In this document: positions 26,212 through 34,709 of the stretch, in pieces
How the letters are laid out: the number at the start of each line of letters is the position of its first letter
How positions within the stretch are numbered: the first letter of the stretch is position 1
Translations under genes and position numbers: made by a program
Notes under the pieces: generated by a model
The model's database searches: none
Seen by the model: only the letters and a program-made list of their open reading frames with translations
What the model was told of the DNA's origin: nothing
From: a virus
Lineage: Duplodnaviria > Caudoviricetes
Strand: one strand, 5' to 3'
IMG/VR virus record: IMGVR_UViG_3300020045_001438
Span: 1-38,900 of that record
Length of the DNA stretch: 38,900 nucleotides

Positions 26212-26438
26212 GGGGTATACCTAATTTCTCTAGCAAGAAGTTTAAACCAGCTTTCCATACCATAGTCTCCATTAGTGGGACGGGTTTCGATCATCTTAGC
26301 ACACCGCTCTCTTTCAGCGGCAGCAATGTCCTCAGCTAGTTGCTCCACAATTGCCCATGCCTCTGGATGATCTGACAAATTTACTTCATGACAACTAACA
26401 CCAGCAAGTTTCTTTAGGGAAAATTCAATATCACTCAT
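26208..26438 (-). CDS. Hypothetical protein
   Basis: Start reset to MSDIEF (ATGA-coupled). Contains 'IAAAERERCAK...LAREIR'. Confidence 0.65.
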   Translation of the reverse strand: MSDIEFSLKKLAGVSCHEVNLSDHPEAWAIVEQLAEDIAAAERERCAKMIETRPTNGDYGMESWFKLLAREIRYTP

Positions 26439-26560
26439 GCTACCAACCAAATAATGTAAAGAAAAGGAGAAATAATAATCATAAAAACCAAGGCTTGTAG
26501 TGGGGTCCAACCATCATAAGTTTGAACAGTGTTCATCCATTCCCAAAACTTGTTAAACAT
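26435..26560 (-). CDS. Small membrane protein (41 aa, not in the ORF track)
   Basis: MFNKFWEWMNTVQTYDGWTPLQALVFMIIISPFLYIIWLVA*. Starts right after the upstream TAA. Confidence 0.55.
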   Translation of the reverse strand: MFNKFWEWMNTVQTYDGWTPLQALVFMIIISPFLYIIWLVA

Positions 26561-26776
26561 TTACATTTTTCTTTTTACAGTCCAGAGAGGACTACTTCCA
26601 CATGCTTTCCAGAATGTCCGGGGAGCCTCATGGGATTGGGTACAAACATCAACTGATGCCCCAACACCCATTTTAACAGCTACTTTCCACGCTTGTCGTT
26701 TTGATTTACGCACCTTAAACCCATCTCCCGGCTTATAGTTTGGGGGATAGATTATGAACTCTTTTCTATTGTGCAT
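26561..26776 (-). CDS. Small basic hypothetical protein
   Basis: Start reset to MHNRKE, overlapping the primase stop. Confidence 0.55.
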   Translation of the reverse strand: MHNRKEFIIYPPNYKPGDGFKVRKSKRQAWKVAVKMGVGASVDVCTQSHEAPRTFWKACGSSPLWTVKRKM

Positions 26777-27482
26777 ACTTATCCAATATTTCTTTAATAG
26801 CATTAACAGAAAGCTCCTTTGGATCAGCTTCTGTATGAACAATGGTGACAGGCCGATTTAAAAGCATTTCTAGCCTCATAGCCTTCTTCATGGTGGTGCC
26901 CTCTTGGTCCTTGTCCAACCACAGCACCACGGGCCGTTTAGACCCGTCTGTGAGGTAGTAGAGATGGGCAGGATGCACCACAGTTCCAAAGAGGGGAAGA
27001 CACTCTGTAACCTGTCCCACTTTATGAGCAGAAACAATGTCTTCCACTAAAACTGTTACGTCCCCTCGTCCAATTGGATGGGCGTGTCGATGACTCTCAC
27101 CCCTGACAAACCATTTTCTACTTTCGCCCGTTCCAACGAATCGGCCGATGGAAAAGGCCACAGCTCCGACACTTCCAATGAGGAATATGAGTCGTTCTTC
27201 TTTTGGAGAATAGCCGATGTGTTCTTGCCAGTAACTTGGGGACAGCCCGTACTGGAGCAACCACTTCCAGGCATGGAGAGGCACTTCTCTGGTGAAGTCA
27301 GGAGGAAGCAGGTTTTCTTTGACATTATTTTCCTTAATTACAACATTAGGGCCACGAAAAGGCGGATGAATATGAAAGCCACAAGAAAAGCAGTGAGAGC
27401 CGCCATCAGGCCAAACCACCAAATTGTCGCCCCGGCTATCACGGCCACGCTCACGGCAACGAGGACAAGCCACATTCTTCAT
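26766..27482 (-). CDS. DNA primase (Zn-binding plus TOPRIM), separate from the helicase
   Basis: 'CPRC...D..GDNL.VW.DG..HCFSCG', 'VLVEDIVSA' and 'LWLDKD'. Start reset to MKNVAC. Confidence 0.88.
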   Translation of the reverse strand: MKNVACPRCRERGRDSRGDNLVVWPDGGSHCFSCGFHIHPPFRGPNVVIKENNVKENLLPPDFTREVPLHAWKWLLQYGLSPSYWQEHIGYSPKEERLIFLIGSVGAVAFSIGRFVGTGESRKWFVRGESHRHAHPIGRGDVTVLVEDIVSAHKVGQVTECLPLFGTVVHPAHLYYLTDGSKRPVVLWLDKDQEGTTMKKAMRLEMLLNRPVTIVHTEADPKELSVNAIKEILDKYAQ

Positions 27483-27648
27483 CGGTCCCATCATCGTCAA
27501 TAGTTTTAGAGAGGTCTGATCGACCCACATAGGGGATGCCTAGCCCATCAAGACAAGAGAGGCAGGTATCAAGGAAAGCACGACTTTCTGCATGACGCAG
27601 GGTGCTTTCATACGGGCTTAGTTTTTTATTGCAGCAATCACATCGCAT
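27451..27648 (-). CDS. Small Zn-finger protein
   Basis: MRCDCCNKKLS..E.......FLDTCLSC with an acidic tail. Confidence 0.65.
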   Translation of the reverse strand: MRCDCCNKKLSPYESTLRHAESRAFLDTCLSCLDGLGIPYVGRSDLSKTIDDDGTDEECGLSSLP

Positions 27649-28135
27649 TAAATTTCTCCAGAATATTTTTAGAAAAGACAATTAAATCTTCTTTAGAGGC
27701 TGTGTGTTTCATGACATTTGCCTGCCAAGAGATTACCCAAACATTTCCCTTAATATACCCAATAGAGTTATCAATTCTATCAATTGACAAACTGTTTTTA
27801 CGCCTATTTAAACCACGATTACATTCAATCGGGATATTCAATAGTGGGCAGTGTGTTGGTATAACAATATCATTAACTTCTAAATTAAAATCTAGATTTT
27901 CTTTCTTAGCTCTTGTTTTTGCTAGACAAAGTAGATATTTTTCAGGATTTTCTCTTTGCCAGCCAGCTATATAGACTCTTTTCTTTTCTCTGTTTGCTAC
28001 ATTATACTCTTTATCATATTTTTTCTTAACTAAAGCTATCTTTTCTTTATTTTCTGCTCTATACTTTAAAGAGTATTCTTTTATTTTTTCTTTGTTACGT
28101 TCTCTCCATTGTCTTTGTGCTTCTTTATTACTCAT
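27638..28135 (-). CDS. Free-standing HNH-like endonuclease
   Basis: Basic N-terminal helix, 'AKTRAKK..LDFNL', 'PTHCPLLNIP', 'SIDRIDNSIGYIKGNVWVISWQAN..K'. AT-rich, with RBS GAGGAG. Confidence 0.85.
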   Translation of the reverse strand: MSNKEAQRQWRERNKEKIKEYSLKYRAENKEKIALVKKKYDKEYNVANREKKRVYIAGWQRENPEKYLLCLAKTRAKKENLDFNLEVNDIVIPTHCPLLNIPIECNRGLNRRKNSLSIDRIDNSIGYIKGNVWVISWQANVMKHTASKEDLIVFSKNILEKFNAM

Positions 28136-28165
28136 CTTGAACTCTCCTCGTGGTTATTTCTTATA

Positions 28166-28194
28166 ATTATACCACAAATAAAGAAAAATGTCAA
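28166..28194 (-). promoter_or_regulatory. Consensus sigma70-type promoter ahead of the free-standing endonuclease and primase
   Basis: TTGACA-17 nt-TATAAT with extended -10 TG (TTGACATTTTTCTTTATTTGTGGTATAAT). Confidence 0.85.
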
Positions 28195-28400
28195 AACAAA
28201 TCGTCAAGGATGCCCCCAACAGCATCACCAATAATGTCGCCAAAGACAATACCTCCGACAATACCAGCACCAAGGCCAAGCAGAGCAGTGAGTTCTCTAT
28301 CACATCCTAGCTCACGCAACAAACGAGTTGCAACACGCTCACTAATTTGTCCAGCCTTATAGCCAGCTACAACGCTAGCAACAGTTGCATACCCACTCAT
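28191..28400 (-). CDS. Small Gly-rich hydrophobic protein
   Basis: 69 aa with 'LLGLGAGIVGGIVFGDIIGDAVGGILDDLF', ATGA-coupled. Confidence 0.65.
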   Translation of the reverse strand: MSGYATVASVVAGYKAGQISERVATRLLRELGCDRELTALLGLGAGIVGGIVFGDIIGDAVGGILDDLF

Positions 28401-28606
28401 TCTCCACGCTCCTTAACAATATTATCAAAAGAATCAAAGAACCATTTACTGCTGGTGTCAATCTGGTCAACACCGCCACCATCAGAGGTGAAATAGGTAT
28501 TGTTTTCTAGCCACTTCAGAGCCTTCTCAGCTTCTTCCTTGGTCTTAAACCGAAGCTTAGAGAAAGAGCCATCACCATTATCTTCAGCGAATTCATACCA
28601 AATCAT
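28397..28606 (-). CDS. Hypothetical protein
   Basis: 69 aa, TAATG-coupled, with 'DNGDGS...FKTKEEAE'. Confidence 0.65.
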   Translation of the reverse strand: MIWYEFAEDNGDGSFSKLRFKTKEEAEKALKWLENNTYFTSDGGGVDQIDTSSKWFFDSFDNIVKERGE

Positions 28607-28854
28607 TACACACGCTCCTTAATAGAAATAAAACTTGGATCGAGAAAGGTTTTCACATCAACAAGATAGCCCAAATCCACTTCAGTATCAAACCAACTTT
28701 GTGGATTGTTACTAACCACCCATTCCTCTGTAAATGGTGCCCACGACAACCAAACATTCTTGTAAATCTTATAAAATGCTCGCCGCTGGACAAACCCTAC
28801 ACGAGGGGTTTCAACAGCAGGAGTCCACACATATTCTGTACCTTCAGGAATCAT
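28606..28854 (-). CDS. Hypothetical protein
   Basis: 82 aa, coupled overlaps on both sides. Confidence 0.65.
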   Translation of the reverse strand: MIPEGTEYVWTPAVETPRVGFVQRRAFYKIYKNVWLSWAPFTEEWVVSNNPQSWFDTEVDLGYLVDVKTFLDPSFISIKERV

Positions 28855-29006
28855 TTAAGTTCCTTAAATGGGTTTGAGCAGACTACCTTCTGTTTTACTT
28901 TATGCATCTCTACATAGTAATGTGTTCGTGAAGCTTTCAAATCGTTAACTTGTTTTTGCAATCGAGAGATTTGCCTTTGTAGTCTGTTGTATGTGAGGTT
29001 GGTCAT
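28851..29006 (-). CDS. Small coiled-coil hypothetical protein
   Basis: Start reset to MTNLTY, with AGGAG upstream. Confidence 0.55.
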   Translation of the reverse strand: MTNLTYNRLQRQISRLQKQVNDLKASRTHYYVEMHKVKQKVVCSNPFKELK

Positions 29007-29266
29007 ACATTCTCCTTTGCTGCGTTCCAAGCCATCTTCATACAAGCATACTCAGTTTTATCATATGTCTCAGGCTCAACTGAGGCATACCATTCATCAA
29101 ACGTCAACTTTCCTGGAAATTTCCTATCAGAATCAAGCCGTCCAATGTAATCAGCCAATGTCTTATCTGCTGTAGAGTGTTTCATATATGGGTATCTATC
29201 AAAAGCATTTGCCTCTGGCTTAACTGAGCCAGCACCATTTCTATTCGTATTATGCATCATATTCAA
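29003..29266 (-). CDS. Hypothetical protein
   Basis: 87 aa with 'LTFDEWY...MAWNAAK'. Confidence 0.6.
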   Translation of the reverse strand: MNMMHNTNRNGAGSVKPEANAFDRYPYMKHSTADKTLADYIGRLDSDRKFPGKLTFDEWYASVEPETYDKTEYACMKMAWNAAKENV

Positions 29267-29513
29267 ATACCACCAATTTGTTTCTAGGAAATTCTCCGTG
29301 ATAGGGGTTTCTATTCACAGCCAAGGGAGCCTTATAAACAATCTTAATTCTTCGATCGGCCTCCAACAGAGACAACCACTCATGCTGGCCTATACTAAAA
29401 ATGAGGACAAAGGTGTCATTGTTGTTGAGGTTGGTTGTACGCAGCGCAGGGGGTTCTCTCCATGTCACACGAATAACATCAGCAACTCTAAGAGAAACAA
29501 GATTACCAGACAT
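29250..29513 (-). CDS. Hypothetical protein resembling the C-terminal half of 34155..34709
   Basis: 'IVYKAP.AVNRN.YHG.FPRNKLVVFE'. SD-like GGGGGTG upstream. Confidence 0.6.
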   Translation of the reverse strand: MSGNLVSLRVADVIRVTWREPPALRTTNLNNNDTFVLIFSIGQHEWLSLLEADRRIKIVYKAPLAVNRNPYHGEFPRNKLVVFEYDA

Positions 29514-29718
29514 GTCTCACCCCCACAGTGAATTCACCGGCCTTACAGGTGATGTGCTTTCGGGTTGTCACCTTCATAACACCCTCTTTACCAACATGTC
29601 CCTTAGCCATAGCAATGCCCTGACTAATGGTAATTTTCTTAGTGTCACCAAGCCAACTGCTACCACAGCATCCCGAAAACTGATAGCCTTTATAAAGTGG
29701 ATACCCATTAAGAATCAT
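29503..29718 (-). CDS. Hypothetical protein with CCG motif
   Basis: 'GYQFSGCCGSSWL', ATGA-coupled to the ATP-grasp gene. Confidence 0.6.
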   Translation of the reverse strand: MILNGYPLYKGYQFSGCCGSSWLGDTKKITISQGIAMAKGHVGKEGVMKVTTRKHITCKAGEFTVGVRHVW

Positions 29719-30410
29719 TTTGCAATTTCCTCTGCATAAAAACTAGGAGTGGTGCCTGACAAACCTGGACGGCTGTTCACTTCAAGAACATAGAGACAAT
29801 TGCGTTTCTCATTGTAGATAACATCGACAGCACCATACGAGTAGCCAACAGCAGCAACAGCACGCACAGCCAAATCGCCCAAATCAGCGGGAATATGCAA
29901 ATCGTTGCGAGTGTATACGTAACCGTTTTGAACATTTCTAACACGGGTGTCTCTCTCGCCTTCAAAGCCACGGCGCTTGCGCTTTTGTTGTACGTCAATA
30001 ACCTTACCATTCATCACATGAACACGATATTCATTCTTCTTGGGAATGTATTCCGTGTACAAGGGAGCACGGGGGTATTGCTCAATGCTTGCATCAAACT
30101 CAACAATTCCACGGCCATTAGTGGAATTAATCAAGGTGCGAGCAAAGAGAGTTTTAGCACCCAAGGCTCGTGCATCAGCAGCATTGAGAGCATACTTGGG
30201 AGCAGAGACATTATGCTGTGCAAATCGAGCAAACTGCTCAACCTTATTCAGGGGTTGACGAACAACGTCAAACACCTTACGACCCCGCCGCTTATGATCG
30301 TCCCCCTTACGGGTGGAGCAACGCAGACAACGAGCCCCAGTTGCAGCAATTGCAGTTTGGATAGCTTTAGCAAACTTACTACCCACAGGATTGACAGAAA
30401 TATAAATCAT
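29715..30410 (-). CDS. ATP-grasp ligase (RimK/glutathione-synthetase-like)
   Basis: 'NKVEQF', 'GRGIV', 'YTEYIPKKNEYRVHV', 'VRN..NGY.Y', 'GAVDVI', 'VLEVNSRPGL'. Confidence 0.88.
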   Translation of the reverse strand: MIYISVNPVGSKFAKAIQTAIAATGARCLRCSTRKGDDHKRRGRKVFDVVRQPLNKVEQFARFAQHNVSAPKYALNAADARALGAKTLFARTLINSTNGRGIVEFDASIEQYPRAPLYTEYIPKKNEYRVHVMNGKVIDVQQKRKRRGFEGERDTRVRNVQNGYVYTRNDLHIPADLGDLAVRAVAAVGYSYGAVDVIYNEKRNCLYVLEVNSRPGLSGTTPSFYAEEIAK

Positions 30411-30411
30411 A

Positions 30412-31650
30412 TTAATTTACCAGTTGTTCTACTACTTGCAAATCTTTGACAGTGCAGCAGGAGTACCAAGTGTTTTTAGTATTATCCGGGTGTCCACGCT
30501 GGATAAGGTAATCGAGCTTCGCGGAGAATGAGTTGCTGGTGGTGTAAGCCAATGCCTCCATGGTGGTGTTACACTCAATGGTCCAAAACACAACAGTACC
30601 GTTCATCATGTCATCGGAAACAATGGTTCCAAAAACATACCAAGTGTTATTATTAGTATCGTGTGGGTAAACAGGCTGATAGTCCTGACCAAAGATGGTG
30701 TACACAATATCCTTGTTTGCAGCCATGTAAGCACGCTGTTGGTTCAAGGTAACACTTTCTTTCGGGACAGCCACTGCGTCGCCCAATTGAACAACCCATT
30801 CGAGGGCGGTGGTTCGTTCTTTCTCGGGCTTGGGGGTCCACTCTTGCTTCTTTGCTCTCCAAACAGAGGGGTCATACACAGACGCAGTGTAGGTGCTACG
30901 AAAAGAGCAGTCCAGTTTAGTGATGGTTTCCGTAAACTTCACAGATGAATTAGAGAAGTCGTAGGTGAGCAGGGTTTCAGGCAACAGCATCCGCACACCA
31001 TCCTTGTCAAACTTAATGCTGTTACGCATTGCAGCGGCCCACAGCATGTTGCCCTCGGATGCAAAGAACATAGAGCCTTGTTCAGTGGTGGCAAACCACA
31101 GAGGCCGCTCGCTGTTACGAATGATGTTGATGCACTTGGTGTCATTGTTCCACCAGATGAACGCATATGCTGCATTAATCTTCTTAAGAGCATTCTCAAC
31201 ATCCTTACGCTCCCAGTCAGCCATGTTATCACCGGCTTCTGAGATGACATGGGCACATGCCTCAGTATCAACCTCAGTGTCCTTGTGATGGGTGTGACTA
31301 CCACGATAGGTGCCATTCTGCATCAGAATGATTTTGTCGTCAACAGGGAATGGGTGAGCATTCTTGTCAGTCTTGGAGCCGCGAGTTGCAGCCCGATTGT
31401 GACCAAAAGCCCACCGACCATTGCGAAGAATGTCCATCTTAGCATTCTCCCATTCCTTGGTCTTCATGAACACAGCAGCTTCAGTGGCTTCCTTGTACAC
31501 CTGAATGTTGTTGCGGCTGTCACCGTACATGATGCCAGTGGCGTCCACACCACGCAAAGCATCCATATACAACAGGTCATTGAGGGCGCCAGTTTCATCA
31601 GAAGAGAAACCATTTTTATACGCAGTGATAATTCCTACAAGTCCACACAT
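30412..31650 (-). CDS. Class II (Ntn) glutamine amidotransferase with C-terminal extension
   Basis: N-terminal nucleophile 'MCGLVG', 'RGVDATG', 'GHNRAATRG', 'NAHPF', 'QNGT', 'VDTE', 'RNSERPL', 'FASE'. Confidence 0.9.
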   Translation of the reverse strand: MCGLVGIITAYKNGFSSDETGALNDLLYMDALRGVDATGIMYGDSRNNIQVYKEATEAAVFMKTKEWENAKMDILRNGRWAFGHNRAATRGSKTDKNAHPFPVDDKIILMQNGTYRGSHTHHKDTEVDTEACAHVISEAGDNMADWERKDVENALKKINAAYAFIWWNNDTKCINIIRNSERPLWFATTEQGSMFFASEGNMLWAAAMRNSIKFDKDGVRMLLPETLLTYDFSNSSVKFTETITKLDCSFRSTYTASVYDPSVWRAKKQEWTPKPEKERTTALEWVVQLGDAVAVPKESVTLNQQRAYMAANKDIVYTIFGQDYQPVYPHDTNNNTWYVFGTIVSDDMMNGTVVFWTIECNTTMEALAYTTSNSFSAKLDYLIQRGHPDNTKNTWYSCCTVKDLQVVEQLVN

Positions 31651-31661
31651 ATTTATTCCTA

Positions 31662-32798
31662 TTAAAAACCACCGTTGCCGGGTTCATCAATAAACACATT
31701 GTTCGGGCGAGGTGCTTGAGCAGGTCTGGCATTCCGCATACGCACCTGCGCATTCTCCATACGTTGTTGCGCAACACCCGTGCCCAAGGCCTCGTTTGCA
31801 TTCAGCATAGCACGAATTGCTTCGTAGTTCACTGGTTCTTCTATGCGAGCCTCTCCATCAGGTCGTCTATCAAAAAACCCATTGAAGCCAGCAAACTGTT
31901 GGATCAACTCCGGTGGCATTGTCTCAACAGGCTTCTTAGCTTCGACCTTGGGATTCTTAGCCAAAGCTTCCTTGGTAATCATAAACTTGGCATCAACAAC
32001 CCCTTCTTCAAGGGCTTGCCTGAAATTGGGGCAGGCTTGCAACAGCAGAGAGTAGGAGCCAAACACTTCCTGCAAGAACACACCATATAGGCTGTTATTG
32101 TTCAGCATCACAATGCGATCGAGAACGTCTTGTTGAGGGACAGTTTTCGCATACTTGAACATCTGCCCAAGGAGGGCACACCAAGTCATGATGCGGGTTA
32201 CATCATGCTCACCAGCCATGTGGCGGAATTCCACAGTGCTTTGGGTGAACATGGGGAGCATATTCAGAGCCGTATACTTCTGCCAATTACGAAGCTTCGT
32301 AATCTCATGGTTCATGCTGCCACCACTGAACAGCTTCTGAGTCAGGTTGGTTTCATAGAGAGGAACACAGAAGATGTTGTTCTTTCTCTCGTCACCAATC
32401 CACTCAAAGAGAACACGCTCAAACACAGAATAGACAATGAGCAGGGTTTGAATTTGATCCAGCGGCATGTCACCGATGTTGCAATGCACATGGACGCTGC
32501 AACGCTCACTGTAATTGTTGGCAGTGAACTTATTCGTATTAAAAAAGTTGGTGAGCACAGAACCAAGGGATTGATAGTCCATTGGCTTGGTGACATACTC
32601 ACACCCGTTGTTTCTGAGGGAGCCATCCTCATGCCACATAATACCGGGGACACAGGCATCTTCCTTGCTGAAGGAGATGTTCTCAATCTCCAACTCAACG
32701 CCATACAGCAGGGCAGCATCAGGCCCCACAGGGAAGTCCTTAGCATTCTTGGCCTTGAATACAGCAGGTGCTTTCAGTTCAAAAATGGTATTAAACAC
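31662..32798 (-). CDS. Putative amidoligase (COOH-NH2 ligase fold)
   Basis: 'GVELEIE', 'EDGSLRNNGCEYVT', 'CSVHVH', 'KYTALN', 'TVEFRH'. Start reset to the GTG at 32798, which has GAGGT upstream. Confidence 0.85.
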   Translation of the reverse strand: MFNTIFELKAPAVFKAKNAKDFPVGPDAALLYGVELEIENISFSKEDACVPGIMWHEDGSLRNNGCEYVTKPMDYQSLGSVLTNFFNTNKFTANNYSERCSVHVHCNIGDMPLDQIQTLLIVYSVFERVLFEWIGDERKNNIFCVPLYETNLTQKLFSGGSMNHEITKLRNWQKYTALNMLPMFTQSTVEFRHMAGEHDVTRIMTWCALLGQMFKYAKTVPQQDVLDRIVMLNNNSLYGVFLQEVFGSYSLLLQACPNFRQALEEGVVDAKFMITKEALAKNPKVEAKKPVETMPPELIQQFAGFNGFFDRRPDGEARIEEPVNYEAIRAMLNANEALGTGVAQQRMENAQVRMRNARPAQAPRPNNVFIDEPGNGGF

Positions 32799-33375
32799 GT
32801 CTAACCTCAAATTCAAAAGTGTTGCGAGAAACCGTATCTTGGAGTTCCTGACTAAACATCTCCTCCACTTCCAGAACACGGCCTTTGCGCGTTCCAATAA
32901 TCCGATTATATAGGTAAACATGAGTTTTGTTCATAGCGAACATCCGTGAAAGAGCACCCACCCCATTCTCATAATCACTGAAAACATATCGAGGGTTAAA
33001 GCACGCCTCAACATCAGCAAACGTAAGGTGGTCATTCAACAGCCTACTTGCAAGCACAAACTTGGTGGTGTTAGCTGGTGTAATGCCTCGTGACCACTGA
33101 CGTTGTGGGTTTCTGGTGAGGAAGAAAGCAACTCCATCAGGCCGATTGAACCAGCCCCGTGGAACTTGCGTGAAGTGAAAACGACTACCACCGTCTACGA
33201 AAGCAGTGTAACCCATATCATCCTTGTCGGACAACTTGAACTTAACACCCCTGTCGCCAACCGATGAAACAATAACAAGTTGTTTGGAGCCATCATCGCG
33301 CTCCAGCCAACCGAAAGAGCCCTCATAACGCTGGCGAAAGTCTCGCAAATTTTCTCTGGTAGGTGAATCAATCAT
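32791..33375 (-). CDS. Hypothetical protein in the ligase cluster
   Basis: 194 aa with 'DFRQRYEGSF', 'GWFN', 'RNPQRQWSRGI'. Coupled on both sides. Confidence 0.75.
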   Translation of the reverse strand: MIDSPTRENLRDFRQRYEGSFGWLERDDGSKQLVIVSSVGDRGVKFKLSDKDDMGYTAFVDGGSRFHFTQVPRGWFNRPDGVAFFLTRNPQRQWSRGITPANTTKFVLASRLLNDHLTFADVEACFNPRYVFSDYENGVGALSRMFAMNKTHVYLYNRIIGTRKGRVLEVEEMFSQELQDTVSRNTFEFEVRRV

Positions 33376-34154
33376 GGCATTTGGATGTTGAAACGGGAGA
33401 CAAGACGCTGCGCAGCGTCAATATTACTGCTATTAATTGCCAGCAGCACATCATCACGCACATCATTGGCATCAATGGTGCCAAGGCTTTCCACAGCACG
33501 TTGGGTGTTGGCCCAAACCCACTCATGCAGGTTGTTAATCACCCAAAAATTGGATAGGGTGCGGTATTCCACACCATATGCCTTGGTGCGGTAGGCACCG
33601 GCCTTGCCATACAGTTGGCGGCGCAAACCACCCTCATGATCGACCAAGATGGAAGGGACGCCGAGGAACAAATCACACAGCTTCACCACCTCAATCTTAT
33701 CTTCAGGCTCTGCAAACTTGTAGCCAATGTGAACGTGGCCGCCGCAGGAACGTAGCGTAGCGTCAGTGGCCTTGGGACGGGGATTGGCACGGCCAGTCCA
33801 TGCATTGAAGTCCGGGTCGCAGCCAAACTCAAGTGCAGCAGGGTGAGTGAGTTGGTCAGGAGGGAAACATGCAGCAGAAAGTCGAGAGAAGGCCAGTCCA
33901 TACTTTTCTTTGGTATGGCCTTCAAGGAACGCAACCGTGTCGCGGATGTACTTGGAGAACTCTGCGGCAGAGGATGCAGGGGGAATGTTGAATTCCACAG
34001 CCACATTGTCCTCTTGCACAGCGTAGCCATCACCAAGAGGCAGGCCGAGGGGAACCTCTTTGGTTCCACCAATTAGGCCGATACAACTGGTGAGGTTGTT
34101 TGCAGCGTCAACAAGAAACAGTTCAGGGTCACAGCCAAGGGTAAGCTTGCTCAT
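33372..34154 (-). CDS. phiEco32-like COOH-NH2 ligase (type 2)
   Basis: 'LGCDPELFL', 'EDNVAVEFNIPP', 'FGCDPDFNAW', 'LRSCGGHVHIG', 'RRQLYGKAGAYR.K.YGVEYRTLSNFW'. Confidence 0.9.
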   Translation of the reverse strand: MSKLTLGCDPELFLVDAANNLTSCIGLIGGTKEVPLGLPLGDGYAVQEDNVAVEFNIPPASSAAEFSKYIRDTVAFLEGHTKEKYGLAFSRLSAACFPPDQLTHPAALEFGCDPDFNAWTGRANPRPKATDATLRSCGGHVHIGYKFAEPEDKIEVVKLCDLFLGVPSILVDHEGGLRRQLYGKAGAYRTKAYGVEYRTLSNFWVINNLHEWVWANTQRAVESLGTIDANDVRDDVLLAINSSNIDAAQRLVSRFNIQMP

Positions 34155-34709
34155 TTAATTTACCTTAATAATTGCGGTTTTCAGACGGGGGGTGTAGCCT
34201 TCAGACAGATAGTTGTGGTTCCACACCCACTCAGGGCTCTCGTACACCACTTCACCAAGGGAGCGGAAGGTGTCAATGGGGTATGTGCTGTTGCCTTTCG
34301 ACCAGTTGGCAACACAAAACTTACCAGAGCCAATGGCTTCCTTGGTGGTTTGTACTGAGAAGTTGGGGATGGCTTCCATCCGAAGCTGCTTGATTCCAGC
34401 CGGATGGTCCGTATACTTCACCAGCCCAAGAGAATACCTGTCAGGGTGGATTTTTTGTGTGGTTTCTCGGGTGTGAAGCTCCTTAATATGAATAAACCAA
34501 CCGTCGTTCAGGGGAACAACAACATAGTTGTAATCCTCTCGGTTGAAGATATCAAATTGTTCGGCTCGCTTGGTCACACAGTAACCAATACCAGCCAAGT
34601 ATTTGATGAAATCATCCTCGTTGAACACATACGCACCGCAGCACACACCGACATATCCAATGTCGGCATGGGTAGCGTAGGTTGAGTGTATGCCAATTGC
34701 CGGAATCAT
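34155..34709 (-). CDS. Hypothetical protein with CCG motif
   Basis: Start reset to MIPAIG (ATGA-coupled). Contains 'GYVGVCCGAYVF' and C-terminal 'VVYESP..VWNHNY..G.TPRLKTAII'. Confidence 0.7.
   Translation of the reverse strand: MIPAIGIHSTYATHADIGYVGVCCGAYVFNEDDFIKYLAGIGYCVTKRAEQFDIFNREDYNYVVVPLNDGWFIHIKELHTRETTQKIHPDRYSLGLVKYTDHPAGIKQLRMEAIPNFSVQTTKEAIGSGKFCVANWSKGNSTYPIDTFRSLGEVVYESPEWVWNHNYLSEGYTPRLKTAIIKVN

Noticed and set aside
31662-32921. 419-aa amidoligase and other long N-terminal extensions in the ORF track
   Set aside because: The extensions overlap upstream genes or the tRNA. Downstream starts with an RBS or ATGA coupling fit better.
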